This document shows positions 39,768 to 49,243 of a DNA stretch of 64,000 nt, in pieces. The DNA lies in NCBI GenBank assembly GCA_965219445.1, contig CBDCNQ010000004.1, positions 544,001 to 608,000 of the forward strand, given 5' to 3'. A program made the position numbers and the translations under genes. Positions within the stretch are counted from its first letter, which is position 1. Each line of letters opens with the position of its first letter. The notes under the pieces are model-generated. The model did not search any database. It was not told where the DNA came from and saw only the letters and a list, made by a program, of their open reading frames with translations. The DNA is from Longimicrobiales bacterium (lineage in GTDB: Bacteria > Gemmatimonadota > Gemmatimonadetes > Longimicrobiales > Gaopeijiaceae).

Positions 39768-40778
39768 TTAGCGATCACGGCCGACGGCGTACGTCACAGC
39801 GTCCCTCAGCGCTTCCACAGCAGGATCTTCAGGAAGGCCACCGAGTGCCTCCCACGCGCGCCCCGCGTAGTGATCCGCCTGCTCGTTTGCGTAATCCAAC
39901 CCGCCGCGGTCACGCACGATCGCGATCACCCGATCGATGTCTTCATCGGCCGCCTCCACCAGCGTGAAGAAATCCCGAATCTCGCGCGATTCCACCTCCG
40001 ACACGTTTCTCAAGGCTCCGACCAGTGGAAGCGTCACCTTGCGCTCTCTCAAGTCCTGCCCGGTGGGCTTTCCAGTGACAGCCTCTGATCCAATGTAGTC
40101 CAAAACGTCATCGGCAATCTGGAAGGCCATGCCCAGATCGTGCCCAAACTGGGCAAGCGGTCTTCGATACTCGTCCACGCCGGCGAGGCCCCCCATTTCA
40201 CAGGCCGCCGACATCAACGAAGCCGTCTTCGACGCGATGAGCCGATAGTAATCGGCCTCGGTGAACTCGAGAGCATCATAGGATGTGAGCTGCCGCATCT
40301 CACCGATGCTCATCTCGTTGGCTGCCCTCGCGAGCACCGCAACCGCGTCCAACCGTCCGAGCCGCGTGAGCTCGGTGACCGAGCGACTATAAAGGTAATC
40401 CCCCATGATGATCGAAATCTGGTGGGTCCAGAGTGCGTTCACCGTGGGGAGGCCACGCCGCAAGACACTGTGGTCGACGGCATCGTCATGGACGAGTGTC
40501 GCGAGGTGAACCAGCTCTACGACGGCGGCGAGGGTGACCGCATCGTCCGACGGACTTCCTCCGACTCTATTGCTGAGAAGGAGAAGTGTGGGACGGAAGA
40601 GCTTGCCACGCATCAGAAGAAGGTATTCGTTGATCTCCTCGATCAGATCGAAGTCCGACAGGATGATCCGCCTCAGATCGTCCTGGACCCCGTCGAGCCG
40701 ATCGGCCACGAGGTTCTGCACCGAGGAGAGGTTCGGAGGCGGTCCTCTCAGAACGGAGCTTGGAGCCGCTTCCATCAC
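39768..40778 (-). CDS. Long-chain polyprenyl diphosphate synthase (IspB/HepT-like)
   Basis: GKLFRP, LVHDDAVD...RRG, FQIADDVLD. Confidence 0.92.
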   Translation of the reverse strand: MMEAAPSSVLRGPPPNLSSVQNLVADRLDGVQDDLRRIILSDFDLIEEINEYLLLMRGKLFRPTLLLLSNRVGGSPSDDAVTLAAVVELVHLATLVHDDAVDHSVLRRGLPTVNALWTHQISIIMGDYLYSRSVTELTRLGRLDAVAVLARAANEMSIGEMRQLTSYDALEFTEADYYRLIASKTASLMSAACEMGGLAGVDEYRRPLAQFGHDLGMAFQIADDVLDYIGSEAVTGKPTGQDLRERKVTLPLVGALRNVSEVESREIRDFFTLVEAADEDIDRVIAIVRDRGGLDYANEQADHYAGRAWEALGGLPEDPAVEALRDAVTYAVGRDR

Positions 40779-40823
40779 TGGGCCACCGGATTCGGCATGA
40801 GCATCGATCGCGGGTCGCGGAGG

Positions 40824-42464
40824 CTAGCTGCGAAGAGCCCGAAGGCGCTCGGTGACATCCGCGAAGTTGATATCGAGCGCGAAAACTCTGTCGTAAAAGT
40901 CCAGCGCAGTGTCCTTGTCGCCCATCGTCTCATGCGCCAGCCCGATGTAGTAATAGATGCCCACGCGCTCCTCCTCGACTTCACAGGGGGCGTCGAGCCC
41001 GCGTTTGAGGGATCGGATGGCGGCCTCCGGCTCTGCTTTCTGCAGGAACGTCTGCCCCAACATCTCATAGGTCGGAAGATGTTCCGAAGTACCTCGTAAC
41101 ACCATTTGGAACTCACTGATCGCCTCGTCCAAGAGGCCCATCTCCATGTAGGCGGTGCCGAGATCGTAGTGGGCGATGGCATCGTTCGCATCGATGTTTT
41201 CCGAGACCTTTTCACGGAATTGCAGCAACATCTTCTCGAAGTCGGCCTGATCGTCACCGGTCGGTTCTTCATAGGGCACGACGAAACGGGTCGACTTCTT
41301 TTCCGTGAGAGCGTCTTCACCGAGAAGCACCGCACCGAGGTCGACGTAACCCTCCGGGGATTCCGCCGGGGCTTTAGACTTGGAATCACCACCCGCGACA
41401 CCGGGGGACTCCCCCGGAGCCGTGGTGGGGGACTCCGTGGCCGATTTGGCAGCAGCCTCCTGGGCCGCCCTGGCCGCGGCTTCCTCCGCTGCCCTGGCCG
41501 CGGCAGCCTCCTCGGCAGCGGCTGCGGCCTTTTCGGCAGCCTCAGCAGTGGCCTTCTCAGCTGTGGCCTCGGCAGCCACCTCGGCGGCGGCCTGCGCGGC
41601 AGCTGCTTCCTCGGCGGCGGCGGCCTCGGCAGCGGCGGCGGTGGCAGCATCGCCTGCGACCTTGGCGGCGGCCTCCTCTGCAGCCTTGGCCGCATCGTCC
41701 TCGTCGTCGTCAAACGACATGAGGGGAAGGTCGACAGGACCGATCACCTCTACCTCTTCGGAAACAGGTGCCGGGCTCCCCTCCGAATCTCCCCCTACCT
41801 CTCCAAAGCCCTCACCCCGCCTAAATGACGGGTCGGCCGCAGCCTTCTCCAGGTCCAACGCGGGATCCAACTTCCGGACCTTCGCGGCGACGCTCTGGGC
41901 AAGGTCGCCAAGGCCCTGTCGCTGCATGATGCGATACGCCCCGACATACTGAGTAATAGCGTCGTCGGCACGACCGTTCTGCTCGAGCTGGCCCGCAAGC
42001 ATCATGCACATCTCGTAGTCGTCTGGGGCCAGATTTACGAACTCGATCAACGCCCGAAAGGCCTCATCGAGATCCCCGGCGGCCTGCACCTTCTCCGCGT
42101 AGGTGACGAAGCTTGTGCGGGCATCGGTGATGAAGCCCTGCCGCGCTCGGATCTGTCCCATCTTGAGGTGGATGCTGTATCGATCCGGGAGGTTGCGCAT
42201 CACCTTCTTACAGACGGCGATAGCGTTGTTGGGGAGCCCCGCGTCCATATAGAAGTCTACGGCGCGCTCGTAAAACGCCACGGCCTGGGCCGCCCTCCCG
42301 ACCTTGGTCGCCAAGTCGCCAGCTCGATTGAACAGTGCGATATCGGGGTTGTCGTCGGGCGACAACTGGTCGATGGCCTGGCTGTAGAGATCCAAGGCCT
42401 TCCCCCACTGCTCGTCCTGCTCGAAGCCCCGAGCCTCTTCTTTTAGATGTTCAATCCTGCTCAC
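40824..42464 (-). CDS. TPR protein with Ala/Glu-rich linker
   Basis: TPR blocks at both ends (HYDLGTAYMEMG) with a central AAEEAAAA-type low-complexity stretch. Confidence 0.8.
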   Translation of the reverse strand: MSRIEHLKEEARGFEQDEQWGKALDLYSQAIDQLSPDDNPDIALFNRAGDLATKVGRAAQAVAFYERAVDFYMDAGLPNNAIAVCKKVMRNLPDRYSIHLKMGQIRARQGFITDARTSFVTYAEKVQAAGDLDEAFRALIEFVNLAPDDYEMCMMLAGQLEQNGRADDAITQYVGAYRIMQRQGLGDLAQSVAAKVRKLDPALDLEKAAADPSFRRGEGFGEVGGDSEGSPAPVSEEVEVIGPVDLPLMSFDDDEDDAAKAAEEAAAKVAGDAATAAAAEAAAAEEAAAAQAAAEVAAEATAEKATAEAAEKAAAAAEEAAAARAAEEAAARAAQEAAAKSATESPTTAPGESPGVAGGDSKSKAPAESPEGYVDLGAVLLGEDALTEKKSTRFVVPYEEPTGDDQADFEKMLLQFREKVSENIDANDAIAHYDLGTAYMEMGLLDEAISEFQMVLRGTSEHLPTYEMLGQTFLQKAEPEAAIRSLKRGLDAPCEVEEERVGIYYYIGLAHETMGDKDTALDFYDRVFALDINFADVTERLRALRS

Positions 42465-42474
42465 AAAGCGGCAC

Positions 42475-43422
42475 TCATACTCGCGTCTGACCTATCCTCC
42501 GGGTAGACACATACTCGGACACGCGACGAGAGAGAAGACGGGATTCGCCCGGATTAAGAAGCTTAAATCTGTCTCCAGCCGCCGGAAGCACAAGGGGATC
42601 TGGAATCATGCCGATGACCTCAGTCTCAATGACCCGCCCGCCCCCGGCCCTTACGCGCTCTTCAATCGCGTCGAACACATCGTAGGGAGACGTCACTTCA
42701 GGGTCCTCGAGGTTCATGGAGATCTGGAGCCGTTCTGCTTCGGGTAGTGCCAACGCCAACGTCCGCAGGTGCCGGAACCCACCGCCGGACTCACGGAGCC
42801 CCCCGGCGATCACCTTGAGGGCGTCCAAGGACAGCCCCTCCACAAAGACGTTCCACGCCAGCATCACACGACGCGCCCCGACGCAGGTTGTGCCCGCCGT
42901 CGGATGTGGTCTGCTCGGCCACTGGGGAGCAGCCAGGTCCGGCTCCCGGCCTTCCGGAAATCCCCCTCGGAGAGCTTCGAAACCCCCGCGCCGTATCGAA
43001 GCGAGCGAGCGGTCGGATCGGGGCGGGGTCCTTCCGCGGAGCGCTTCTCCATAGAGATAGACCGGGACTCCCTCTTCGGCCAGCCGGCCCGCCACTCGCC
43101 ACGCGCTCTCTACCGCCGAGTCCATCGTCAGGTCGTGCAAAGGCACGAAGGGCAGCACATCGAGAGCACCGATCCTCGGATGAATCCCCTCGTGGGTTCG
43201 CAGGTCGATTCCCTCGATGGCGAAGCGGGCGGCCTCTATTGAGGCGGCCTCGACGCGCTCCGGATCACCGATGTACGTAATCACGGATCGATGGTGATCT
43301 CGATCCGCCGTCCAATCAAGCACCTCGGTGCCCTCCCCCGAGATGACCTGGACCAGCTCCCTGATCCACCCGAGATCTCGACCTTCGCTAAAGTTGGGCA
43401 CTGCTTCGAGAACGGGCACCAT
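42475..43422 (-). CDS. Glutamate formiminotransferase (stand-alone FT domain)
   Basis: EAVPNFSEGR, DHHRSVIT, HPRIGALDV.PF, QISMNL. Confidence 0.9.
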   Translation of the reverse strand: MVPVLEAVPNFSEGRDLGWIRELVQVISGEGTEVLDWTADRDHHRSVITYIGDPERVEAASIEAARFAIEGIDLRTHEGIHPRIGALDVLPFVPLHDLTMDSAVESAWRVAGRLAEEGVPVYLYGEALRGRTPPRSDRSLASIRRGGFEALRGGFPEGREPDLAAPQWPSRPHPTAGTTCVGARRVMLAWNVFVEGLSLDALKVIAGGLRESGGGFRHLRTLALALPEAERLQISMNLEDPEVTSPYDVFDAIEERVRAGGGRVIETEVIGMIPDPLVLPAAGDRFKLLNPGESRLLSRRVSEYVSTRRIGQTRV

Positions 43423-43428
43423 GCCCTC

Positions 43429-43458
43429 ATGATAGAGAAGGTCAAAACCCAAATGCAA
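43429..43458 (-). promoter_or_regulatory. Sigma70-type promoter (probably leaderless) of the formiminotransferase gene
   Basis: TTGCAT-N18-TATCAT followed 6 nt later by ATG. Confidence 0.45.
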
Positions 43459-43518
43459 CGCTCCCGGCAGCCGAGGCCACCGGGAGCGGCATTCCACCAA
43501 GGGTTCGCCCGGGCCTGT

Positions 43519-44643
43519 TCAGCGGCGGACCAGCTGCGGATTTCCTCCCTGAAGCTGGTACGCCCAGTCGAAGATCATGAGCCCGGCACCGAATTGGTCG
43601 GTCCCAAGCAACGCCACACGGAGCGCACCGTAGCGTGCCACACCGTCACCCTCCACTACTCGCCACATGTATGTGAACTCTGGCTCGACCGCTATATCGA
43701 CGTGGCTGTACCCCGATAACGGTGCCGTCGTCCAGTCCTGGCACTGTGCGTCGGCAGCGACTCCACACTTGAGCCGGGTCGTGAGGACACCTTCTGGGAA
43801 TACGTCTGCCGAAAGTCCGGGGACGAGCCACCACCCCGATGCGTCCTTCTCAAGGCGAAAGTGCCGCGTGGGAGACCCTCCAGGTACGATCGGGTCCAGC
43901 TGATCGGATTCTGAAAAACGGAATCCGGACGAATCCGGCTGATCGGTGAAGGAGTAGACCAATTCGCCCGTGAAATCGGGTCGAGGCGTCCCTTCTGCAC
44001 TGTCACTCATCCCGCTCTCGTGGCCATACAGGTCGACGGAGGACACCGCATAGGTGGAGGTCACGCCGTTCTCCGATAAGGCATCCAGAAAGCCCGGCGA
44101 GTCCGAGTTCCCCAGCAATGTCTGGGTCGCTCCCTGATCGGACAGCAAGTAGATCCGATAGGCGGAAAAATCACTCGCTGAGCGGGCGTCGTCATTCCAA
44201 CGGATGTAGTTGGTGGCATCCAACGCCACCACTTCCAATTCCATAGGGACGGGGGGCGGTGAGAAAGACGGCACCGAGACCCGGACGGTCAGGTCCGAAT
44301 CGGTCTCCGCACCGGTATCCGGATCCTGAGCCGACACGAAGTAGTCGTAACTCATATCAGACACGATGTTGGTGTCCGTGTATTCACAGCGTCCCTCAGA
44401 GCAACTCGTCACGTCTGCGATGAGGAGAAAGGAAGCGTCGCCAACCCGTTTGCCGAAGACCCGGAACGTCTCACCATTCCACCCCGAGGAGAGTTCCCAG
44501 TAGACGGTCACGGCGCGGTTGTAATAGCCGATGTCCAGCGCAACGGGCGGAGCGGGGCCATCGACCGGAACGAGTATCGTATCGTCGTTGTCACAGGCCC
44601 CCAGGAGCACCGACCCCGTCAGCAAAAGCACCCTTTTCCACAT
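43519..44643 (-). CDS. Lipoprotein with two fibronectin-III-like domains
   Basis: Lipobox LLGAC; repeated W...F/Y.V/I...Y.VS..D..G.E pattern. Confidence 0.75.
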   Translation of the reverse strand: MWKRVLLLTGSVLLGACDNDDTILVPVDGPAPPVALDIGYYNRAVTVYWELSSGWNGETFRVFGKRVGDASFLLIADVTSCSEGRCEYTDTNIVSDMSYDYFVSAQDPDTGAETDSDLTVRVSVPSFSPPPVPMELEVVALDATNYIRWNDDARSASDFSAYRIYLLSDQGATQTLLGNSDSPGFLDALSENGVTSTYAVSSVDLYGHESGMSDSAEGTPRPDFTGELVYSFTDQPDSSGFRFSESDQLDPIVPGGSPTRHFRLEKDASGWWLVPGLSADVFPEGVLTTRLKCGVAADAQCQDWTTAPLSGYSHVDIAVEPEFTYMWRVVEGDGVARYGALRVALLGTDQFGAGLMIFDWAYQLQGGNPQLVRR

Positions 44644-44714
44644 GATTCGCATTCCTCGCTGGCGTTGAGTGGGACCCATTTCGAGTCCTCGACAGCCTCG
44701 CAACTGCTACTCAA

Positions 44715-44730
44715 TGCACAAGCAATACCA
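44715..44730 (-). promoter_or_regulatory. Candidate sigma54 promoter
   Basis: TGGTATTGCTTGTGCA (GG-N10-GC), about 70 nt upstream of the lipoprotein start. Confidence 0.45.
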
Positions 44731-44838
44731 AAGCCGAAATGCGTATGAAACCAGGACTTTCAGGGGTAGGCTCTGAAAAATCGTCCTCCACAGAGGACAA
44801 GTCGACGTCCGCCGGAGACAGGACGATGGGACGCAACT

Positions 44839-47835
44839 CTAGAACGGGTTGGTGAGGTCCGTGCTGCGTTGATCGTAGTCGAACTTCAGGTCGCGGTTGT
44901 CGGTGAGAGCCACTTCGAAGCGGAAGGACCAGTTTCCGGTCGCGGTTTGGAGGAAGTCGAAGTGCGCCTGCCATCGGTGCAGGTCTCTCGTCAAGCGAAT
45001 GGTGTGGTCCGCGAATCTGCGCTCCTCGACGTCGTACGAGGTTCGCCAGACGAGGTCCCACCTTTCGGTGGGTTTGAGGCGGATGCCCATCTGTAGCAGT
45101 TGACTCGCCGGCAGCCCTGGATCGCGGCTCCGGTTTAGGGAGTAGGAGAAGTTCGCGTTCCAGGCGCCGCCGCTCTGCCGACGGCCGGCGGGCTGAGGGT
45201 CCTCGCCGACGACATCGCTCGACCCCGCTCCGGGGATGATCGACGACTCGTCCGTAGGACTCAAATTACCAACGTTGTCGAGAAGAGGGTCGAGGTCATC
45301 GATGTCCACCAGCGCCGCCGCCGAGTCCGCAGCAGCCTCGGCCGGGGCGTCTCCCCCACCGCCGAAAAGCCGGCCGATCGCCTGGATTATCCCCGAGTTG
45401 GAACTCATGGCGAAGGATAGATTCAGTTGAGACAGTAGTGGATCGAAGACCCGGCGATCCTCACCGTTCCGCTCCTTAGTGTCGAAGAGATCGTGTTCGA
45501 CGGAAAGCTGGAGTCCTCGAAGGAGATCCGAACTGATCTGGCTCCTCAAACGGGTCGTGGTGAACCCCTCCAGCCGGTTGTCGCTCTTTCGTGCCCGAAC
45601 GAAGTCGTAGGTGAAGACGTTGGTGTTGAGAGTCAACAGATTGATCACCCTCGAGGGCGGGAGTCTCTGTGGGGCATTCGGGTCCAGTTCCTCATCAACA
45701 GAGGGCTCGAGTGGTGCCTCTTGGAGGGCAAAGAGCGAGTCGGCCCTCGCATCTAGAATCGAGTCCGGTGCCAGGAGATCTTCGTCCAGATCTAATCCAG
45801 CCTCCTCCGTCCCACCGGCGTCGCCCTCGTCCCCCTCAGCACGCTTTGCCTCGAACGTCTGGTTGAAGCCGAACGCGACGATGTTCCGAGCGAAGGCGTT
45901 TGACGCGCCGAACACCGTTTCCTGGAGGCCCGTAGCCACCGTTTTCGGCGCGTAAGAGTAGGAGATCTGCGGGGAAATCTTATGCCGGATCGCTTCGAAC
46001 CCCGCGAAGCCGCCGTAGTATCCGTAGACGTCGCTCCTCAAGCTGGCGCCGAAGGAAAGACGCCGAGGTCCGAACACGAAGCTCGACGCCTCGGGAATCT
46101 CGTCGGAACGCCGGGCGGCTCCCGAGATCTGCAAAGAGGGGGTTAATGTCGTGGTTCCGATCAGTCGTTGCTGGTAGTTGATGCTCGTGGTCCACGCGAG
46201 GTCCGCGGTCGCGAGATCGACCCGCCCGGTGGGCGGTGGGCCCAGCGTGTCGCCGGGAAACGCGATCGCGGCCGGAAGGTCGAGGTTGGCCCTCTCCGTG
46301 ACGGTCAACCCTTGAGACCACGATAATGCACCGAGGTTGACAGCACTGTTCACGCCGGATGACGTCCGAACCTCGTCAGCAAGGCTCCGCATGAAAGTGC
46401 TTTCGGCCTGAGTTGCCCGGTCGACGGTGCTACGCCGGTACCTCGCGCTTCCCGACCACGTCAGGTTGTTGAAGAACCGCGCGCGGTTACTCGGAGCCGA
46501 GAACAACGTGATCGATTTCAGAGACAGGTTCGCCGACGGAAGCGTCATCTCCACACGGTCGTCGCTCAGGAATTGTCGGCGGTCGGCACTGACCGAGAGG
46601 TTCCCCCAGCCGAATCGGCGATTCAAGCCCCCCTCCGAGTTTATCGACTGCGTCACCTCCCTCGGATCGAACGAATTTTGCCTAACGAAGCTAGAGCTGG
46701 ACGCGTACCGCGCCGAAACACGCACGGTCGTTCGCTCATTGGCGGTCCAGTCGTGTCTAGTGTCGAAGGAGAGTTCACGACCTCCACCGACTCTCCAGAA
46801 CCGCCGCACGTTCGCGGATCCGTTGAGGAATTGCTTTGTCACCCTATAGCGGAAGGCGCCCGTGAGTGCGGTGAAGTTGTCGCTCCACCAGTCCCCGGCC
46901 AAGGTGGCATCGGCGTAGTCGTTGACGGCCCAGAAGAATCCTACGTTCGAGACACGTCGAGAATGTCCTCGAGACGTACGCACAATGTCGTTGACGCCGA
47001 AGCGGGGCATGAGAATGCCGCTGTGCCTCCCCGAGTCTGTACTCTGGAAGATGAAAGGCAGCCAGAAGACAGGCACGTCGTCGAAGTTGAGCGTCACATT
47101 TCGTGCAACGAACCAACTGCCGCCGATGGCCTTGAATTCCCTCGCGGCAAAGTGATAGTGGGGCTCCGTTTCCTCACAGGACGTGAAGTTGATGTCATGG
47201 CCGAAGACCGTATCCGCGAGGATCGCTGGAAGATCGCCATCCATGATCCAGGTCGCGCCCTCAGACATGGTCGTGTGAGCCTCGTACGCCGTCCCTCGGT
47301 CGGCCCGGCGATCGTAGATGATGTTCGAGCTCCGTACAGGTTCCTCACCAGGCCGGTCCGTGACCGTCTCGCCCGCCGTCCACAGGAGTGAATCGGCCAA
47401 GTTGATCGTGTCCGCCGCTGTGACCGTCATCCCGTCCTGGCGCAGCTCGGCCGGCTCATCATCGCCGCCAAGAAGTGTCATGCGCCGGGTCTCCGCGTCG
47501 AATCGCGCCTCGCCACCTGAGTATTGGGACACGGTATAGCCGGGCAACGCGAGAAGGGCAGCCATGAACGAATCGGCCGGTTGCGGTGGGGGTGGTGCTG
47601 GTGCCGCACGAGGCTGACCCGGTGTCGAGTCGTTCGCGAAGAGTGTGGAGTCTACGCCCGGCGGTCTGGAGAGGCTCCTCAGCCGTTCGAGCACCTGAAT
47701 GCGGGTGGAATCGACCTCCTCCGCTGGTTGGCTCCCGACTTGGGCGGCCACGGGCGAGGACCGTCCGATCGCGAGGACCAGAAGTGCTGCCACCCAGGGG
47801 CCGAGGCGACCCTGGGGCCGGCCTCCGCTCATCAT
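44839..47835 (-). CDS. lptD: LPS assembly outer-membrane protein LptD-like
   Basis: Signal peptide, FTSC...PHYH, PVFWLPF, RHSGIL.P, C-terminal barrel (RDLHRW...DLKFD). Confidence 0.8.
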   Translation of the reverse strand: MMSGGRPQGRLGPWVAALLVLAIGRSSPVAAQVGSQPAEEVDSTRIQVLERLRSLSRPPGVDSTLFANDSTPGQPRAAPAPPPPQPADSFMAALLALPGYTVSQYSGGEARFDAETRRMTLLGGDDEPAELRQDGMTVTAADTINLADSLLWTAGETVTDRPGEEPVRSSNIIYDRRADRGTAYEAHTTMSEGATWIMDGDLPAILADTVFGHDINFTSCEETEPHYHFAAREFKAIGGSWFVARNVTLNFDDVPVFWLPFIFQSTDSGRHSGILMPRFGVNDIVRTSRGHSRRVSNVGFFWAVNDYADATLAGDWWSDNFTALTGAFRYRVTKQFLNGSANVRRFWRVGGGRELSFDTRHDWTANERTTVRVSARYASSSSFVRQNSFDPREVTQSINSEGGLNRRFGWGNLSVSADRRQFLSDDRVEMTLPSANLSLKSITLFSAPSNRARFFNNLTWSGSARYRRSTVDRATQAESTFMRSLADEVRTSSGVNSAVNLGALSWSQGLTVTERANLDLPAAIAFPGDTLGPPPTGRVDLATADLAWTTSINYQQRLIGTTTLTPSLQISGAARRSDEIPEASSFVFGPRRLSFGASLRSDVYGYYGGFAGFEAIRHKISPQISYSYAPKTVATGLQETVFGASNAFARNIVAFGFNQTFEAKRAEGDEGDAGGTEEAGLDLDEDLLAPDSILDARADSLFALQEAPLEPSVDEELDPNAPQRLPPSRVINLLTLNTNVFTYDFVRARKSDNRLEGFTTTRLRSQISSDLLRGLQLSVEHDLFDTKERNGEDRRVFDPLLSQLNLSFAMSSNSGIIQAIGRLFGGGGDAPAEAAADSAAALVDIDDLDPLLDNVGNLSPTDESSIIPGAGSSDVVGEDPQPAGRRQSGGAWNANFSYSLNRSRDPGLPASQLLQMGIRLKPTERWDLVWRTSYDVEERRFADHTIRLTRDLHRWQAHFDFLQTATGNWSFRFEVALTDNRDLKFDYDQRSTDLTNPF

Positions 47836-48629
47836 CCCGCCTCGACCCCTCCCTCGGGCGGGTCACCACCGATGTCCCGTGCCTGGCGTCGTCTGGTGAT
47901 CACCACCGAGAGGAGAATGCTGAATTCGTACAGAAGAACCAGCGGCAACATCATCATGGCCGTCACCGTGACGACGTCGCCCGGGCTGAGAAGGCTAGCC
48001 AACACGGTGATGATGACAATCGCATGACGCCTCTTTGTCCGCAGAAACGCCGGCGTGACAAGCCCCAGCGCGGACAGAATCATGATGACCACCGGTAACT
48101 CGAACAGGATGCCGAACGCTAGGAGCAGCTTGGTGACGAAGCCCAGGTAGGGACCCGCCTGCAACATCTGCTCGAAGTACCCTTCCCCGAAGAACAGCAG
48201 GAACCGGAGTGTGACAGGAAGCGCGATGTAGTACGACATCGCCACGCCGGCCGAAAAGAGAACGAGTCCCATATAGAGGCTCGGGATGATGACTCTCCTC
48301 TCGTGCCGCTCGAGTGCGGGGGAGAAGAAGGCCCAGATCTGGTAGATGAGGATCGGCGAGACGAGGACCACACCCATCAGGATCCCGACCCTCAGGATCA
48401 TGAAGAACCCCTCCGTCGGAGCGAGGAACACGAGTCTCTCTTCGTCTCCCATCACCTCGTAGAACGGATTGATGAGAATGTCGAGCACCCCGAACCTAAG
48501 GACGAGGATGAAGCCCACTACGCTCCCAACGACGATCGCTAGAAGACTCCACAGCATCCGCCAACGGAGTTCCTCCAGGTGGTCGAGGAAGGGCATCTCG
48601 CCGCGGGCGTTTCGAGTCTTCATCGCCAT
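47832..48629 (-). CDS. tatC: Twin-arginine translocase TatC
   Basis: MPFLDHLEELR, YQIWAF.SPAL, FELP, LYE. Confidence 0.96.
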   Translation of the reverse strand: MAMKTRNARGEMPFLDHLEELRWRMLWSLLAIVVGSVVGFILVLRFGVLDILINPFYEVMGDEERLVFLAPTEGFFMILRVGILMGVVLVSPILIYQIWAFFSPALERHERRVIIPSLYMGLVLFSAGVAMSYYIALPVTLRFLLFFGEGYFEQMLQAGPYLGFVTKLLLAFGILFELPVVIMILSALGLVTPAFLRTKRRHAIVIITVLASLLSPGDVVTVTAMMMLPLVLLYEFSILLSVVITRRRQARDIGGDPPEGGVEAG

Positions 48630-48650
48630 TCTGAGTGAGCGGGGGTCCTA

Positions 48651-48695
48651 GAGAATTGTTGAAGAAGTGGGACGAATCGCGTTGGGAGCGCCACG
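48651..48695. repeat. Strongly decayed left-end fragment of the 303-bp element
   Basis: Ungapped 28/45 match to the start of copy 2, same CTA flank; conserved blocks TGTTGAAG, CGCGTTG, GCCACG. Confidence 0.45.
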
Positions 48696-48727
48696 CTACC
48701 GCCGGGCGGCCTTGCGTGGGGAGAGTA

Positions 48728-49225
48728 TCAGAGTGGGAGCTCCTCTTGGTTCCTGGCCGAGCCCTGACGCCGCTCTTCCGCGTGTAGGTCGTGCACCATG
48801 TCTTGGAACTCACCGATGTCCTGGAAGTTCCGGTAAACGGAGGCGAAACGCACGTAGGCCACTCGATCAAGCGGAGCGAGATGGTCCATGACGATTTCAC
48901 CGATGCGGGAGCTGGAAACCTCGAAGGCGGCGGTCCTTGTCAGATTTTCTTCGACGGCGTCCGCGATCGCCTCGATGTCCTCTTCGGTGACCGGCCTTTT
49001 CGCACAGGCGATGGTAACGCTTCTGAGGAGCTTGGCACGGTCGAAGTCCTCCCCGCTCCCATCACGTTTGGCAACGCGCAGGGGGCGCTCTTCGACGTGT
49101 TCATAGGTCGTGAAGCGGGCCCCGCACACCGCGCATTCCCTGCGGCGACGGACCGCACGCCCACCCCGGCTATCACGGGTGTCGACGACACGGTTCTCCG
49201 TGGCGTCACACTTTGGACAGCGCAT
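48728..49225 (-). CDS. nrdR: Transcriptional repressor NrdR
   Basis: CPKC...RRRRECAVC, ATP cone, AYVRFASVY. Confidence 0.97.
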   Translation of the reverse strand: MRCPKCDATENRVVDTRDSRGGRAVRRRRECAVCGARFTTYEHVEERPLRVAKRDGSGEDFDRAKLLRSVTIACAKRPVTEEDIEAIADAVEENLTRTAAFEVSSSRIGEIVMDHLAPLDRVAYVRFASVYRNFQDIGEFQDMVHDLHAEERRQGSARNQEELPL

Positions 49226-49243
49226 CAGACGACGTGCCGGAGA

